A stretch of 64,000 nucleotides of DNA, taken from Haplodiscus bocki. Taxonomy: Eukaryota. The notes beneath the pieces were generated by a model. That model was not told where the DNA came from, ran no database searches, and worked only from the letters and a program-made list of their open reading frames with translations. Positions 35,814 through 48,990 of the stretch are shown here, piece after piece (the first letter of the stretch is position 1; every line of letters starts with the position of its first letter). The DNA is taken from contig OZ296649.1 of NCBI GenBank assembly GCA_965655095.1, positions 38,192,001-38,256,000 of the forward strand, read 5' to 3'. The position numbers and the translations under genes were made by a program.

Positions 35814-38543
35814 TTATGGATGTTTACAAAAATGATCAAAAAATTCTCGTTTCACTTCAGATTTAAATTGAATGGGGTTTGTAGTTATATCCATCGACGT
35901 CTTTTCTTGAATAAAGTTTGCATATTTGCTCGCTCGGAAGAAATTTTGTTCACTCTTCTTTTTATTTGTATATGGAATATCAAAGGTAAACAAAATCGTT
36001 ACGCCGCAGAGAATATATAGAAGGTAACTTAGCTGTAATATAATCACTGACAGGAAAGTCGAAGCCACCATTAAATAATTTGTTGAACATTACAACCTCC
36101 TTGAGTTCTATGTCATGTTTAATAGGAAGCACTTTCATTATCAAGAGGCGATTTCGGTAACCAGATGCAGAAACACCCAAGCGAGAGACGCATTTTTCGA
36201 ATCTATCCAGTTCATCTAAATCGCTTTTTGACGGATACCAAGTTTCTGAGGCATAAAGAAGTAATTGTAAAATGAAAGTCTTATATAATTTTGATTTTAA
36301 GGAAATATTAAGGTGACCTGGAAGATTAAGCTTCAGCTGATGAAAGGTATTGTAACAGGTTTTTAAATTCTATGGACGTGATGAGACCAAATGAGCTTGC
36401 AGGAAACATAAAATCCTAGATCTTTAACAAATTAAGATGAAATAATTTCTTCTTCGTTAAAAAGTAGAAGTGAGTGTGGTTCTATTCCAATAACCAAAAA
36501 TTGAGTCTTAGCAGCAATAAATTGCACCAAATTTATTTTCGACCATTCAATAAAAGCTTTTAAACGAGATTGTAAGCTCGGCATGGACCTACATATCATT
36601 TTATTGTCGTCAGCATACAAGAAAAATAACGACGAGTTACATACATCTGAAAGATCCTTAATCAAGATCACAAATAATAGAGGCCCTAATATAGCATCCT
36701 GCAGCACACTGCTTGCAACTGAGGCATATTCACTGTAGACATCACCAACTTTAACACATTGATAGCGGTCAGATAGGTAAGAAGAGAAGAGTTTTAATAG
36801 TGCACCACCAATACCAAACTTCCTCAACTTATCAAGCAAACTAGAATGAGGGACTTCATCGAAAGCCCTGCTAAAATCCAAAGAGCAACAGTAAGCTGTT
36901 AGATCGTTGTCGTGTGAATGATATAGTTCATCCAAGAAAACTAGAAGTTGTAAAACGGTAGATTTGTTTTTCAGAAAGCCGTACTGCTGTCGATGAATTT
37001 TGTTGCAAACTTTTTCATAGAGAAAATCAAACAAAATGCGTTCAAAAGCAAACGACCATTTTGACAGTATACTGATAGGTCTACAGGAATTAATGAAGTT
37101 ACGTAGGCCATTCTTGTATACTAGTCTGATGTACGACTTTTTCCAGTTTGACGGGAAACATGAGGTTTCGGTTATATGAAGGAAATGTTTCAATACATGG
37201 AAACAAATGTCCGAAGCACATGAAGAGTGAAATAAACCCGGAATTCGATCCAAACCACAGCCGTCTTTTGTTTTCAACAATGCAGAATACACTGCAGAGA
37301 AAGTTATGGGAACATTGTTGAATAAGTCTTCGGAAAAGTCACCATAAACATGAGCTGGCTTCTCAAAAGATTTGACAAGGAACTCATTAAAGGCATTAGC
37401 TATAGTAATAGTACAATCAGTAAGAAGTTTATCTTCACCAAGCAAATGAAAAGATTGCGGGAGGCTATTAGATTTCAATGCCTTAAGGAGTCTAAAGCAA
37501 CCATGAAGACCACCGTTAGACTGACAAAATTGTTCCAAATATAATTCAGTAACTACTTTAATGGACTCTTCGCAATCTTTATCCAATGACAAAAGATAAA
37601 TAGATTCAGACTTTAGGAACTTTTGATATGCAGTGTTGCGAATAATCAACTGATGCATTGTATGTGAGGAATAAAATTATGGTGCGTCAATTCGCTTCTT
37701 ATGTTTAACTCTACCGAATATATCCAAATGACTATCAAAACAAAGAAGCCAATTATTGAGAAAGGAGTCATTTTTAGGCAGAAAAACAGAGAACAAAGAC
37801 TCGGATAAATATGCACCAGCTGTGCGTATCAGATGACGAGGGATAGTTGCAATGGGAGATCTGTTTTGTTTCGGAATTTTACAGGGAATTTTAAGGGTAA
37901 CGCAGCTGTGGTCAAAAAAAGGAACTTCAGTTAGATTGTAACCTCCCGGTAGTACCTCCGAAAAATTAAACCATACCAAATCAAAGATATGATTACTATT
38001 ATGGGTGGGGCGGTCTACTATTTGATGGAAATTTTGTTCTAGCAAAAAGTCAAGGAGGGAGCAAAAACTAACGTCAGCTGTGTGATACGGTTCAGCTTCA
38101 AAATCAGGTTGATTGAAATCACCCATAATAAGTGATTTCGTGCCTTCAAACCTATGGAGAAGGGATTCTGAGAACAATTTATTATCAAGTGGATTAACAC
38201 GGTAAGGACTATTTTTAGGGGGATTGTAAAAATTAACAATTAACAGAAGAAACCCCAAATTGAGTACGGCAGAACAACAAAAGTCAGTTTTGATAGATAT
38301 AGCGTTCAAAGAAATACCATTCCTTCTAATAATAGCTGTACTTCGATGACTTCCGTTTTTCCGCTCAGTAAGACTGCCAACAATATAATCGGAGGAAATT
38401 AAAAGGTTGTCTTTCAAGGAACTGTCTAACCAGGTTTCTGTTAAACAAAGCAAATCAAAATTTTGAGAATGCGCGAAGTTAATAAGAGAAAGACGTTTTG
38501 AAAAACTTGCTATATTTCTGGAATCTACCAGACCCAGTTTCAA
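35814..38543 (-). pseudogene. LINE ORF2 (APE endonuclease and reverse transcriptase)
   Basis: LCLTETWL, MGDFN, PTH...DLV, FDH; RPISILS, QYGF, LDFSRAFDEVPH, ILGPLLF, YADD. The 288-aa and 408-aa ORFs share one frame, split by a single TAA at 37677. Confidence 0.92.
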
Positions 38544-38552
38544 AGTAAGTAG

Positions 38553-39341
38553 TCAATCAATGCTCACTAATTGATTGTCATTGTAGAGTTTCAGTCCTCT
38601 AATCTTTAAGTGTTTTTTATCGACTCCCTCATTATTGATCAAATCATAGCGTTTCGCTAACAACTTTTTTTCAATGATCTTGTCTTCGGGTGATAATTCA
38701 GGGAGCACAAGAATCTTGTCAGATTTGTACAGCTGGCTTTTCAATGCTTGTGAAAAACAAATCCTTTTATCCCATACGTTTTTGAAAGTAACTAGGATAG
38801 GGCGCGATTTGTCTTTGTCATTTTTACCAAGGCGACGACACTCCGATATTTCGACCGAACTGCCAGTTTTTGTCAAAATGTTCCCAACATCTTTCTTTTC
38901 TTCCAATTTCTTTTCATTGGGGAACTTGATGTCATTTCCTGGCATTCCAACAAACTTGAGCTGGAGTTCATGATCATCGGTTTTCAAATTCAAATCTTTT
39001 TTCGGTGCATTTACATGTACCGGTGCAGGGGAAGCAAAAAAGCACGACTGATTGGAAGCTGAGTCAAACTTTTAGGCTAAATTTTCAGTTGTTGCTTGAA
39101 GATCGTCAATTTTTTCATCAATCGTGGATAGCGAAGAAGAGAATGATTGGGTTTCACAAAGGTGAATTACAGTATCTTTAAGAAGGCATAATATCCAATC
39201 TTTTGTAAGTTTCTCGGTTAGAGCCTTGAGTCAATCACAATCACTAACAGACTTCACCATATCATCAACCGTAGGGTAATAACCTTTGCCCCCGGGAAGG
39301 TAGCTGGAAGAAGAACTTGCACGAGATCGGTCTTCAGACAT
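38553..39341 (-). pseudogene. LINE ORF1 (two in-frame stops)
   Basis: ATG at 39341 (MSEDRSR...). CRRLGK...RPILVTF...ELSPED...LKIRGLKLY is typical of CR1/L2-type ORF1. Confidence 0.8.
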
Positions 39342-40399
39342 TAATTAATCAGGCGTGCTTGTTGATCTCTGATGTGAATGTAAATCCTTCACACGTAGAG
39401 TAAAGCGTAGATCCTTCAGTATGGGAGTTCCAACTTTGCACCAGCCACCCAGAAGAAGCGTTCACCAAACTGCTTATAAGATCAGGTAAATCATAAACAT
39501 CACTGAAACTATTTATTAGGTTTATCACAACAATTAGGCTATGCGAATGGTTTGAGGGCAACAGGCCTCAGTATGTTCATTTCTTACTCCGGAGTTTGCC
39601 AATTCGGAGTGAACATGTTCACCTGTTTTAACGAACAATGTTCCTTTGGACACGCAGAATGTAGTTTTGACAACACGGCCGAAAATTTTTGCTGGAAGTC
39701 CGAAAATTTTTCGCCAACGTCCGAAAAGGAAACGTACCGAATGAGTTTAACTTACCATAAACTTATCAATGACAGTTAAATATAATGAGTGAAATTGTGC
39801 TTATAACAGCCGCGAAGGGATTGCAATACCAGCAGCATAGAAGCCAACGCCTTCGGCACCTCGACATCACTCATTCCGACCGCAATTGTTTACGACCTTG
39901 CTACGCTCGGAGATACTTACCTGCCGCCATTAGTAACAATTTTTTGTTCCTAAACAATCCTCCGATTATATTATAATGAAGTTAACGAATAGTACCCATG
40001 TACATTTCAGCCAATCCAAACATTTTGTCTGTACGAGATTTAGTTTTTGTTTCGTGAGACTCTTTCCAATTTTACATTTGGTGGTGTTATGTCACTTGGG
40101 AACCCACCGTCCGGAAAAAGTTCAATAAAATTGAAAAAACCTAACTGTTGTGACAAAAATATTAAAAAGATTCCGGTTATAAGAAAGTTTGATGATGGTT
40201 CTCAAAGGAAGTTAAACTTTCTGTACTTTCAACGGATGCATCACTGGGGCAGAATGCTGTGGATCATTGACTCTTTCAACTCCGCCAAAGATCTCGAAAA
40301 AAGCGGACTGGATATAGTGTGAAAAGTGTTCGATCTGGTTTTATTCCCAGTGCCTCAAAATACCAAAAGAAGCAGTCGTTTTCTCATCCTCGTCTGAGA

Positions 40400-43300
40400 A
40401 GTTTTCTCACTTTTTATTCTTCTGTATTAGCAATGAATCAGTTTTGAAAGAATCAAAGAAAATTCCGGCAATAAGACAATATGAAAAAGTCGTCAATGGA
40501 TGTACGCGAAACCGAAATAAGAAACTTGTTGAAAATGTCTTCAAAAACTATCTAAAAGGATGCCAATAGAAAGCAACAAGCATCAACAGTCCTGGTAAAG
40601 TCCGAACTTGCAGACGAAACTTTTCATCTCAAAGTCGGATTACTGGACTAGCTGAACTAGACTCGAAACTTTTCATCGATCGACAACTTGAAAATTGGGA
40701 AAAGGTTGGAGAAGTAGTTTAAGATTCGAATTGCAATGGGATTGTCTCTGGAACCCAGCGCCTTTGTAAGTTTGAAAAAGACAAAAGAGAAAATGAAGTA
40801 TACTTGTAATGTTTGTACCTGTCTGGGACGTCCGAAAAAGCATCGCCAAAAACAATTGAAAAGAAAATCCTTTCTCACCAAAAACGTTCCCCTTTCCGCA
40901 GACTTGTCGCCATTGGATTTTTTTCCGGAGAACCATTGCTTGCAAAGAGCCATGAAACAACAAGAAAAGTGCAAAAACGCAGCCGTTTGCTTATAAAAAA
41001 TCTAAAACTCTACCGAGTCAAGGAACTTGTGGAAATGAATTGACTAGAGCATTCTGAAAGTTTTTACAGTATCTATGTTTTGGAGTTTAGTATTTTTCTA
41101 TCTCTTGGAAAAAAACTGCACCTTTCCTGTATCCTTCAATCAAGACGACCGAATGTTCGCTTCCTAACCGAAACTTGGTGACAAGAAGCCTTTCCGGATA
41201 ACACATTCTTTACAGTGGCCTATTCAATTGTAGCCAGAGCTGAGCAGGGAAGTAATCAGAGCGGAGGAGTGGCTTTTTGAGTAAAAAAACGGTAATGCAG
41301 CTAATAAATTAGAAAAGTTCGAGTGTACAATTTGCTGCGGAAACTCTCTCCAGATCAATGGTTCTATTGTATTGTAAAACCATCCGCATACAAATTGAAA
41401 ATCGTGTTTCAGACAATTTTATGCCCAGCTGCTTATCTTCCTTCTGGGCAGTAATTGGGGAACAGTCAACTCAAATTTTGTTTCTCATGGGTGATTTCGG
41501 TCTACCAGAAAAACACTAGGCTACTTTTCTTGCCATTAGTCAACTAGTTACTGAATCAACTCATAATAATCGAACGGATTGAAACCTATTTTCACCAATT
41601 GTGATGATCTTGAAGTCTTATGTTTTGAAAAGGATCCATCTTTTTCCGACCGTTTTAGTATACTTTGGGCATCTTCAGATTTTCCTCAACTTGTGTGTTT
41701 CCTCCCAATGCAGAATTTAGAGTCTGTCAGCTTCTGACATACTTTCAATGGATATCCAATTATCTACATCACTTTTCTCGTTTAATCTGCTACAGGTTTC
41801 TGACAACCTCGTTGATGATTGGCTAAAAAAATATGAGACCATTAATAGCACGTTGTTGAATGGGAAGCGGAAACGGAGGTTGTTGCTTCGGAGCTATCTG
41901 AATTTTCACAGTATCCATCTCTTTGATTGTCTCGCAACAGAATTGAAACGTCTCAACAGCTTCGAACTAACAGTTTTTCTGATTGACAAGAACTTGTGCA
42001 TGGAATTGCAGAGCTGCATCGAACTTGACATAATTGTTTACAGTGAAATTTTTAGTAGCAACAAATTGGATGTGAACGACTGCTATTAAATGCTGAGCAA
42101 CTTGAAGAAAGCTGACGTTTCTGTAAATTGGTTAACACTAAAAAGTGAAAAATAAGTGGATGCCATGCTATTGCAAAAGGCTTCAACAAGTTTTTGGTTG
42201 CAGTCTTCAATATTTTTGAAAACTATTTCGATGATTTCAGAGATAACGAATTGAATGAAATTGAAATCTCGATTAAAATAATAAAAGATGCTCTGAATCC
42301 ATTAAGTGAAAAATGGGACCCTAATTTTGCACCTGGTCAAGATATACGAAAATGTTCTAACAGTTTTTCCATCCACTTCAAAGACTTAGTTTTGTTCTTA
42401 AATCTGATTTTTTTCCGTCTTCATGGAAGCAAACTAATATTACTACTATTCCCAAGGATGGTCGGAATGCTGACACTGGAACCCAGCGCCTTTGTAAATT
42501 TGAAAAAGACAAAAGAGAAAATGAAGTATACTTGCAATGTTTGTACCTGTCTGGGACGTCCGAAAAAGCATCGCCAAAAACAATTGAAAAGAAAATCCTT
42601 TCTCACCAAAAACGTTCCCCTTTCCGCAGACTTGTCGCCATTGGATTTTTTTCCGGAGAACCATTGCTTGCAAAGAGCCATGAAACAACAAGAAAAGTGC
42701 AAAAACGCAGCCATTTGCTTATAAAAAATCTAAAACTCTACCGAGTCAAGGAACTTGTGGAAATGAATTGACTAGAGCATTCTGAAAGTTTTTACAGTAT
42801 CTATGTTTTGGAGTTTAGTATTTTTCTATCTCTTGGAAAAAAACTGCACCTTTCCTGTATCCTTCAATCAAGACGACCGAATGTTCGCTTCCTAACCGAA
42901 ACTTGGTGACAAGAAGCCTTTCCGGATAACACATTCTTTACAGTGGCCTATTCAATTGTAGCCAGAGCTGAGCAGGGAAGTAATCAGAGCGGAGGAGTGG
43001 CTTTTTGAGTAAAAAAACGGTAATGCAGCTAATAAATTAGAAAAGTTCGAGTGTACAATTTGCTGCGGAAACTCTCTCCAGATCAATGGTTCTATTGTAT
43101 TGTAAAACCATCCGCATACAAATTGAAAATCGTGTTTCAGACAATTTTATGCCCAGCTGCTTATCTTCCTTCTGGGCAGTAATTGGGGAACAGTCAACTC
43201 AAATTTTGTTTCTCATGGGTGATTTCGGTCTACCAGAAAAACACTAGGCTACTTTTCTTGCCATTAGTCAACTAGTTACTGAATCAACTCATAATAATCG

Positions 43301-46300
43301 AACGGATTGAAACCTATTTTCACCAATTGTGATGATCTTGAAGTCTTATGTTTTGAAAAGGATCCATCTTTTTCCGACCGTTTTAGTATACTTTGGGCAT
43401 CTTCAGATTTTCCTCAACTTGTGTGTTTCCTCCCAATGCAGAATTTAGAGTCTGTCAGCTTCTGACATACTTTCAATGGATATCCAATTATCTACATCAC
43501 TTTTCTCGTTTAATCTGCTACAGGTTTCTGACAACCTCGTTGATGATTGGCTAAAAAAATATGAGACCATTAATAGCACGTTGTTGAATGGGAAGCGGAA
43601 ACGGAGGTTGTTGCTTCGGAGCTATCTGAATTTTCACAGTATCCATCTCTTTGATTGTCTCGCAACAGAATTGAAACGTCTCAACAGCTTCGAACTAACA
43701 GTTTTTCTGATTGACAAGAACTTGTGCATGGAATTGCAGAGCTGCATCGAACTTGACATAATTGTTTACAGTGAAATTTTTAGTAGCAACAAATTGGATG
43801 TGAACGACTGCTATTAAATGCTGAGCAACTTGAAGAAAGCTGACGTTTCTGTAAATTGGTTAACACTAAAAAGTGAAAAATAAGTGGATGCCATGCTATT
43901 GCAAAAGGCTTCAACAAGTTTTTGGTTGCAGTCTTCAATATTTTTGAAAACTATTTCGATGATTTCAGAGATAACGAATTGAATGAAATTGAAATCTCGA
44001 TTAAAATAATAAAAGATGCTCTGAATCCATTAAGTGAAAAATGGGACCCTAATTTTGCACCTGGTCAAGATATACGAAAATGTTCTAACAGTTTTTCCAT
44101 CCACTTCAAAGACTTAGTTTTGTTCTTAAATCTGATTTTTTTCCGTCTTCATGGAAGCAAACTAATATTACTACTATTCCCAAGGATAGTCGGAATGCTG
44201 ACACTGGAACCCAGGGCCTTTGTAAATTTGAAAAAGACAAAAGAGAAAATGAAGTATACTTGTAATGTTTGTACCTGTCTGGGACGTCCGAAAAAGCATC
44301 GCCAAAAACAATTGAAAAGAAAATCCTTTCTCACCAAAAACGTTCCCCTTTCCGCAGACTTGTCGCCATTGGATTTTTTTCCGGAGAACCATTGCTTGCA
44401 AAGAGCCATGAAACAACAAGAAAAGTGCAAAAACGCAGCCGTTTGCTTATAAAAAATCTAAAACTCTACCGAGTCAAGGAACTTGTGGAAATGAATTGAC
44501 TAGAGCATTCTGAAAGTTTTTACAGTATCTATGTTTTGGAGTTTAGTATTTTTCTATCTCTTGGAAAAAAACTGCACCTTTCCTGTATCCTTCAATCAAG
44601 ACGACCGAATGTTCGCTTCCTAACCGAAACTTGGTGACAAGAAGCCTTTCCGGATAACACATTCTTTACAGTGGCCTATTCAATTGTAGCCAGAGCTGAG
44701 CAGGGAAGTAATCAGAGCGGAGGAGTGGCTTTTTGAGTAAAAAAACGGTAATGCAGCTAATAAATTAGAAAAGTTCGAGTGTACAATTTGCTGCGGAAAC
44801 TCTCTCCAGATCAATGGTTCTATTGTATTGTAAAACCATCCGCATACAAATTGAAAATCGTGTTTCAGACAATTTTATGCCCAGCTGCTTATCTTCCTTC
44901 TGGGCAGTAATTGGGGAACAGTCAACTCAAATTTTGTTTCTCATGGGTGATTTCGGTCTACCAGAAAAACACTAGGCTACTTTTCTTGCCATTAGTCAAC
45001 TAGTTACTGAATCAACTCATAATAATCGAACGGATTGAAACCTATTTTCACCAATTGTGATGATCTTGAAGTCTTATGTTTTGAAAAGGATCCATCTTTT
45101 TCCGACCGTTTTAGTATACTTTGGGCATCTTCAGATTTTCCTCAACTTGTGTGTTTCCTCCCAATGCAGAATTTAGAGTCTGTCAGCTTCTGACATACTT
45201 TCAATGGATATCCAATTATCTACATCACTTTTCTCGTTTAATCTGCTACAGGTTTCTGACAACCTCGTTGATGATTGGCTAAAAAAATATGAGACCATTA
45301 ATAGCACGTTGTTGAATGGGAAGCGGAAACGGAGGTTGTTGCTTCGGAGCTATCTGAATTTTCACAGTATCCATCTCTTTGATTGTCTCGCAACAGAATT
45401 GAAACGTCTCAACAGCTTCGAACTAACAGTTTTTCTGATTGACAAGAACTTGTGCATGGAATTGCAGAGCTGCATCGAACTTGACATAATTGTTTACAGT
45501 GAAATTTTTAGTAGCAACAAATTGGATGTGAACGACTGCTATTAAATGCTGAGCAACTTGAAGAAAGCTGACGTTTCTGTAAATTGGTTAACACTAAAAA
45601 GTGAAAAATAAGTGGATGCCATGCTATTGCAAAAGGCTTCAACAAGTTTTTGGTTGCAGTCTTCAATATTTTTGAAAACTATTTCGATGATTTCAGAGAT
45701 AACGAATTGAATGAAATTGAAATCTCGATTAAAATAATAAAAGATGCTCTGAATCCATTAAGTGAAAAATGGGACCCTAATTTTGCACCTGGTCAAGATA
45801 TACGAAAATGTTCTAACAGTTTTTCCATCCACTTCAAAGACTTAGTTTTGTTCTTAAATCTGATTTTTTTCCGTCTTCATGGAAGCAAACTAATATTACT
45901 ACTATTCCCAAGGATGGTCGGAATGCTGACACTGGAACCCAGCGCCTTTGTAAATTTGAAAAAGACAAAAGAGAAAATGAAGTATACTTGCAATGTTTGT
46001 ACCTGTCTGGGACGTCCGAAAAAGCATCGCCAAAAACAATTGAAAAGAAAATCCTTTCTCACCAAAAACGTTCCCCTTTCCGCAGACTTGTCGCCATTGG
46101 ATTTTTTTCCGGAGAACCATTGCTTGCAAAGAGCCATGAAACAACAAGAAAAGTGCAAAAACGCAGCCGTTTGCTTATAAAAAATCTAAAACTCTACCGA
46201 GTCAAGGAACTTGTGGAAATGAATTGACTAGAGCATTCTGAAAGTTTTTACAGTATCTATGTTTTGGAGTTTAGTATTTTTCTATCTCTTGGAAAAAAAC

Positions 46301-48990
46301 TGCACCTTTCCTGTATCCTTCAATCAAGACGACCGAATGTTCGCTTCCTAACCGAAACTTGGTGACAAGAAGCCTTTCCGGATAACACATTCTTTACAGT
46401 GGCCTATTCAATTGTAGCCAGAGCTGAGCAGGGAAATAATCAGAGCGGAGGAGTGGCTTTTTGAGTAAAAAAACGGTAATGCAGCTAATAAATTAGAAAA
46501 GTTCGAGTGTACAATTTGCTGCGGAAACTCTCTCCAGATCAATGGTTCTATTGTATTGTAAAACCATCCGCATACAAATTGAAAATCGTGTTTCAGACAA
46601 TTTTATGCCCAGCTGCTTATCTTCCTTCTGGGCAGTAATTGGGGAACAGTCAACTCAAATTTTGTTTCTCATGGGTGATTTCGGTCTACCAGAAAAACAC
46701 TAGGCTACTTTTCTTGCCATTAGTCAACTAGTTACTGAATCAACTCATAATAATCGAACGGATTGAAACCTATTTTCACCAATTGTGATGATCTTGAAGT
46801 CTTATGTTTTGAAAAGGATCCATCTTTTTCCGACCGTTTTAGTATACTTTGGGCATCTTCAGATTTTCCTCAACTTGTGTGTTTCCTCCCAATGCAGAAT
46901 TTAGAGTCTGTCAGCTTCTGACATACTTTCAATGGATATCCAATTATCTACATCACTTTTCTCGTTTAATCTGCTACAGGTTTCTGACAACCTCGTTGAT
47001 GATTGGCTAAAAAAATATGAGACCATTAATAGCACGTTGTTGAATGGGAAGCGGAAACGGAGGTTGTTGCTTCGGAGCTATCTGAATTTTCACAGTATCC
47101 ATCTCTTTGATTGTCTCGCAACAGAATTGAAACGTCTCAACAGCTTCGAACTAACAGTTTTTCTGATTGACAAGAACTTGTGCATGGAATTGCAGAGCTG
47201 CATCGAACTTGACATAATTGTTTACAGTGAAATTTTTAGTAGCAACAAATTGGATGTGAACGACTGCTATTAAATGCTGAGCAACTTGAAGAAAGCTGAC
47301 GTTTCTGTAAATTGGTTAACACTAAAAAGTGAAAAATAAGTGGATGCCATGCTATTGCAAAAGGCTTCAACAAGTTTTTGGTTGCAGTCTTCAATATTTT
47401 TGAAAACTATTTCGATGATTTCAGAGATAACGAATTGAATGAAATTGAAATCTCGATTAAAATAATAAAAGATGCTCTGAATCCATTAAGTGAAAAATGG
47501 GACCCTAATTTTGCACCTGGTCAAGATATACGAAAATGTTCTAACAGTTTTTCCATCCACTTCAAAGACTTAGTTTTGTTCTTAAATCTGATTTTTTTCC
47601 GTCTTCATGGAAGCAAACTAATATTACTACTATTCCCAAGGATGGTCGGAATGCTGACAATACAAAATTTAGCTCCATCTCTCTAAACTATTGTTAGCTT
47701 TCGAAAAAATCATACCTGGTTTCGTCTGCAAGAATCTGGAGAACAAGCTATCATCCCATTAATTTGCTTTTTGAAAGCCTACATTGCGTAATATTCACCT
47801 AATTTCAATTTTGACAAATTCTAAAAGAATTGATTCTAACAAAAAAGCAGACACATTAGGTTTGAATTTCTCTAAAGCCTTCGATCGAGTCAATCACAAC
47901 ATTTTCTTGGAAACTGGCGGCGCTTTGGATGGTGAGGGTCCCCAATAAACGCAATTGCTTCTTTTCTGCAAAACCGAGTGCAACAAGTCAAAATAGTAAG
48001 TTTTTTCGATCAAGGGTTGTCCATCACCAGTGGAGTCCCAGAAATTTCAGTGCACGGTCCATCGTTTTTTCTTGCAATCATTAACGAGTTCCTGGAGTAC
48101 TGTAGCTGCTATCTTTTTTTTCTGCCTATGACCCAAAACTAGCTAAATACTCCCTATTTGGTCTGCAAATTAATTTGTTGCTCTGCTTATGTTGAGCAAT
48201 GAGAACAAACTTTCACTCAACCTTGAAAAAAATAAAGCTAATAAACTCCAGCAATAAAGGTGTCAATTGGGAACATCTAGTCCTGTTTATGGGAAGTGAC
48301 ATATATCCTATTTTTGGGAACATCTTGTATCTACGTGTTATCAATTCTGCTAGCCAGAACCGGACCAGCCATATGAATACAAAAACTTCAGTTTGCTACA
48401 AACGGCTTGCAAGGCTATGTAGAAAATTTAGCAAGAAAAACCATCCCAGATATTAATTTCAATTAAAATCATGCTTACATCCTACTCGTGCTTACTTAGG
48501 CGTCAGGTGCCCAGCACCGAAACAGAGTTGACTCGAGGAAGCTACAGAGACTTCTGAGCTTAGGTTTCAAATGAGTAGACCACAAGCAGTCTTGTCAACA
48601 ACTTCTCCATTAATAACAACTGTTGCCAGTTTCAATGAAACTACGATCACGGGACTTAATGGTATTCAACAAGTTAGCTTTCGGTCTCTACGACCCTCCT
48701 ATCTGCAACTGCGTGTCTCCAACTCAGCAAAAACAAAACTCTGAACCGAAACACAATTGGGATGAATTCCCAATTTTGTATACCAGAAAAATAGTCACAA
48801 GCTTCTAAACCACATCATGACACTCCAAAATAAATTGAAAAAAATATTTGGTCTTATTACACTACTACCTATGAAGAGAGTGGCTGCAGAATGCTCTTGA
48901 ACTGTGACTGCTTTTGAACGAAAGCTGCAATTTTTTCCGTTATGCTTTCGTTTGTCTTGACTCCTTTCATTCCAGTCTTTTAGTAGTAGG
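40400..48990 (+). mobile_element. Decayed CR1-group LINE containing an internal 4x tandem amplification
   Basis: Frameshifted ORF1 (QRLCKFEKDK..ILVMF..VWD..DLSP..LLAK..IKNLKLY) aligns to the ORF1 at 38553. GDF and SD APE traces follow. After the array come FSKAFDRVNH (~47870) and TSGVP (~48026). Confidence 0.85.
40748..47659 (+). repeat. Exact 4.0-copy tandem array, 1728-bp unit, >99% identical
   Basis: Units start CTGGAACCCAG at 40748, 42476, 44204 and 45932. Identical ORFs recur every 1728 bp. Confidence 0.97.

Larger units (their letters stand above)
35745..39700 (-). mobile_element. Near full-length CR1-group LINE with (CTA)n tail
   Basis: ORF1, APE endonuclease and RT in order, few disablements. 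3' microsatellite (GTA)6 on + at 35745-35763. 5' end approximate. Confidence 0.92.

Noticed and set aside
41748-47273. Tandem family of 113-aa genes
   Set aside because: These are fragments of the dead LINE's ORF2 linker repeated by the array.
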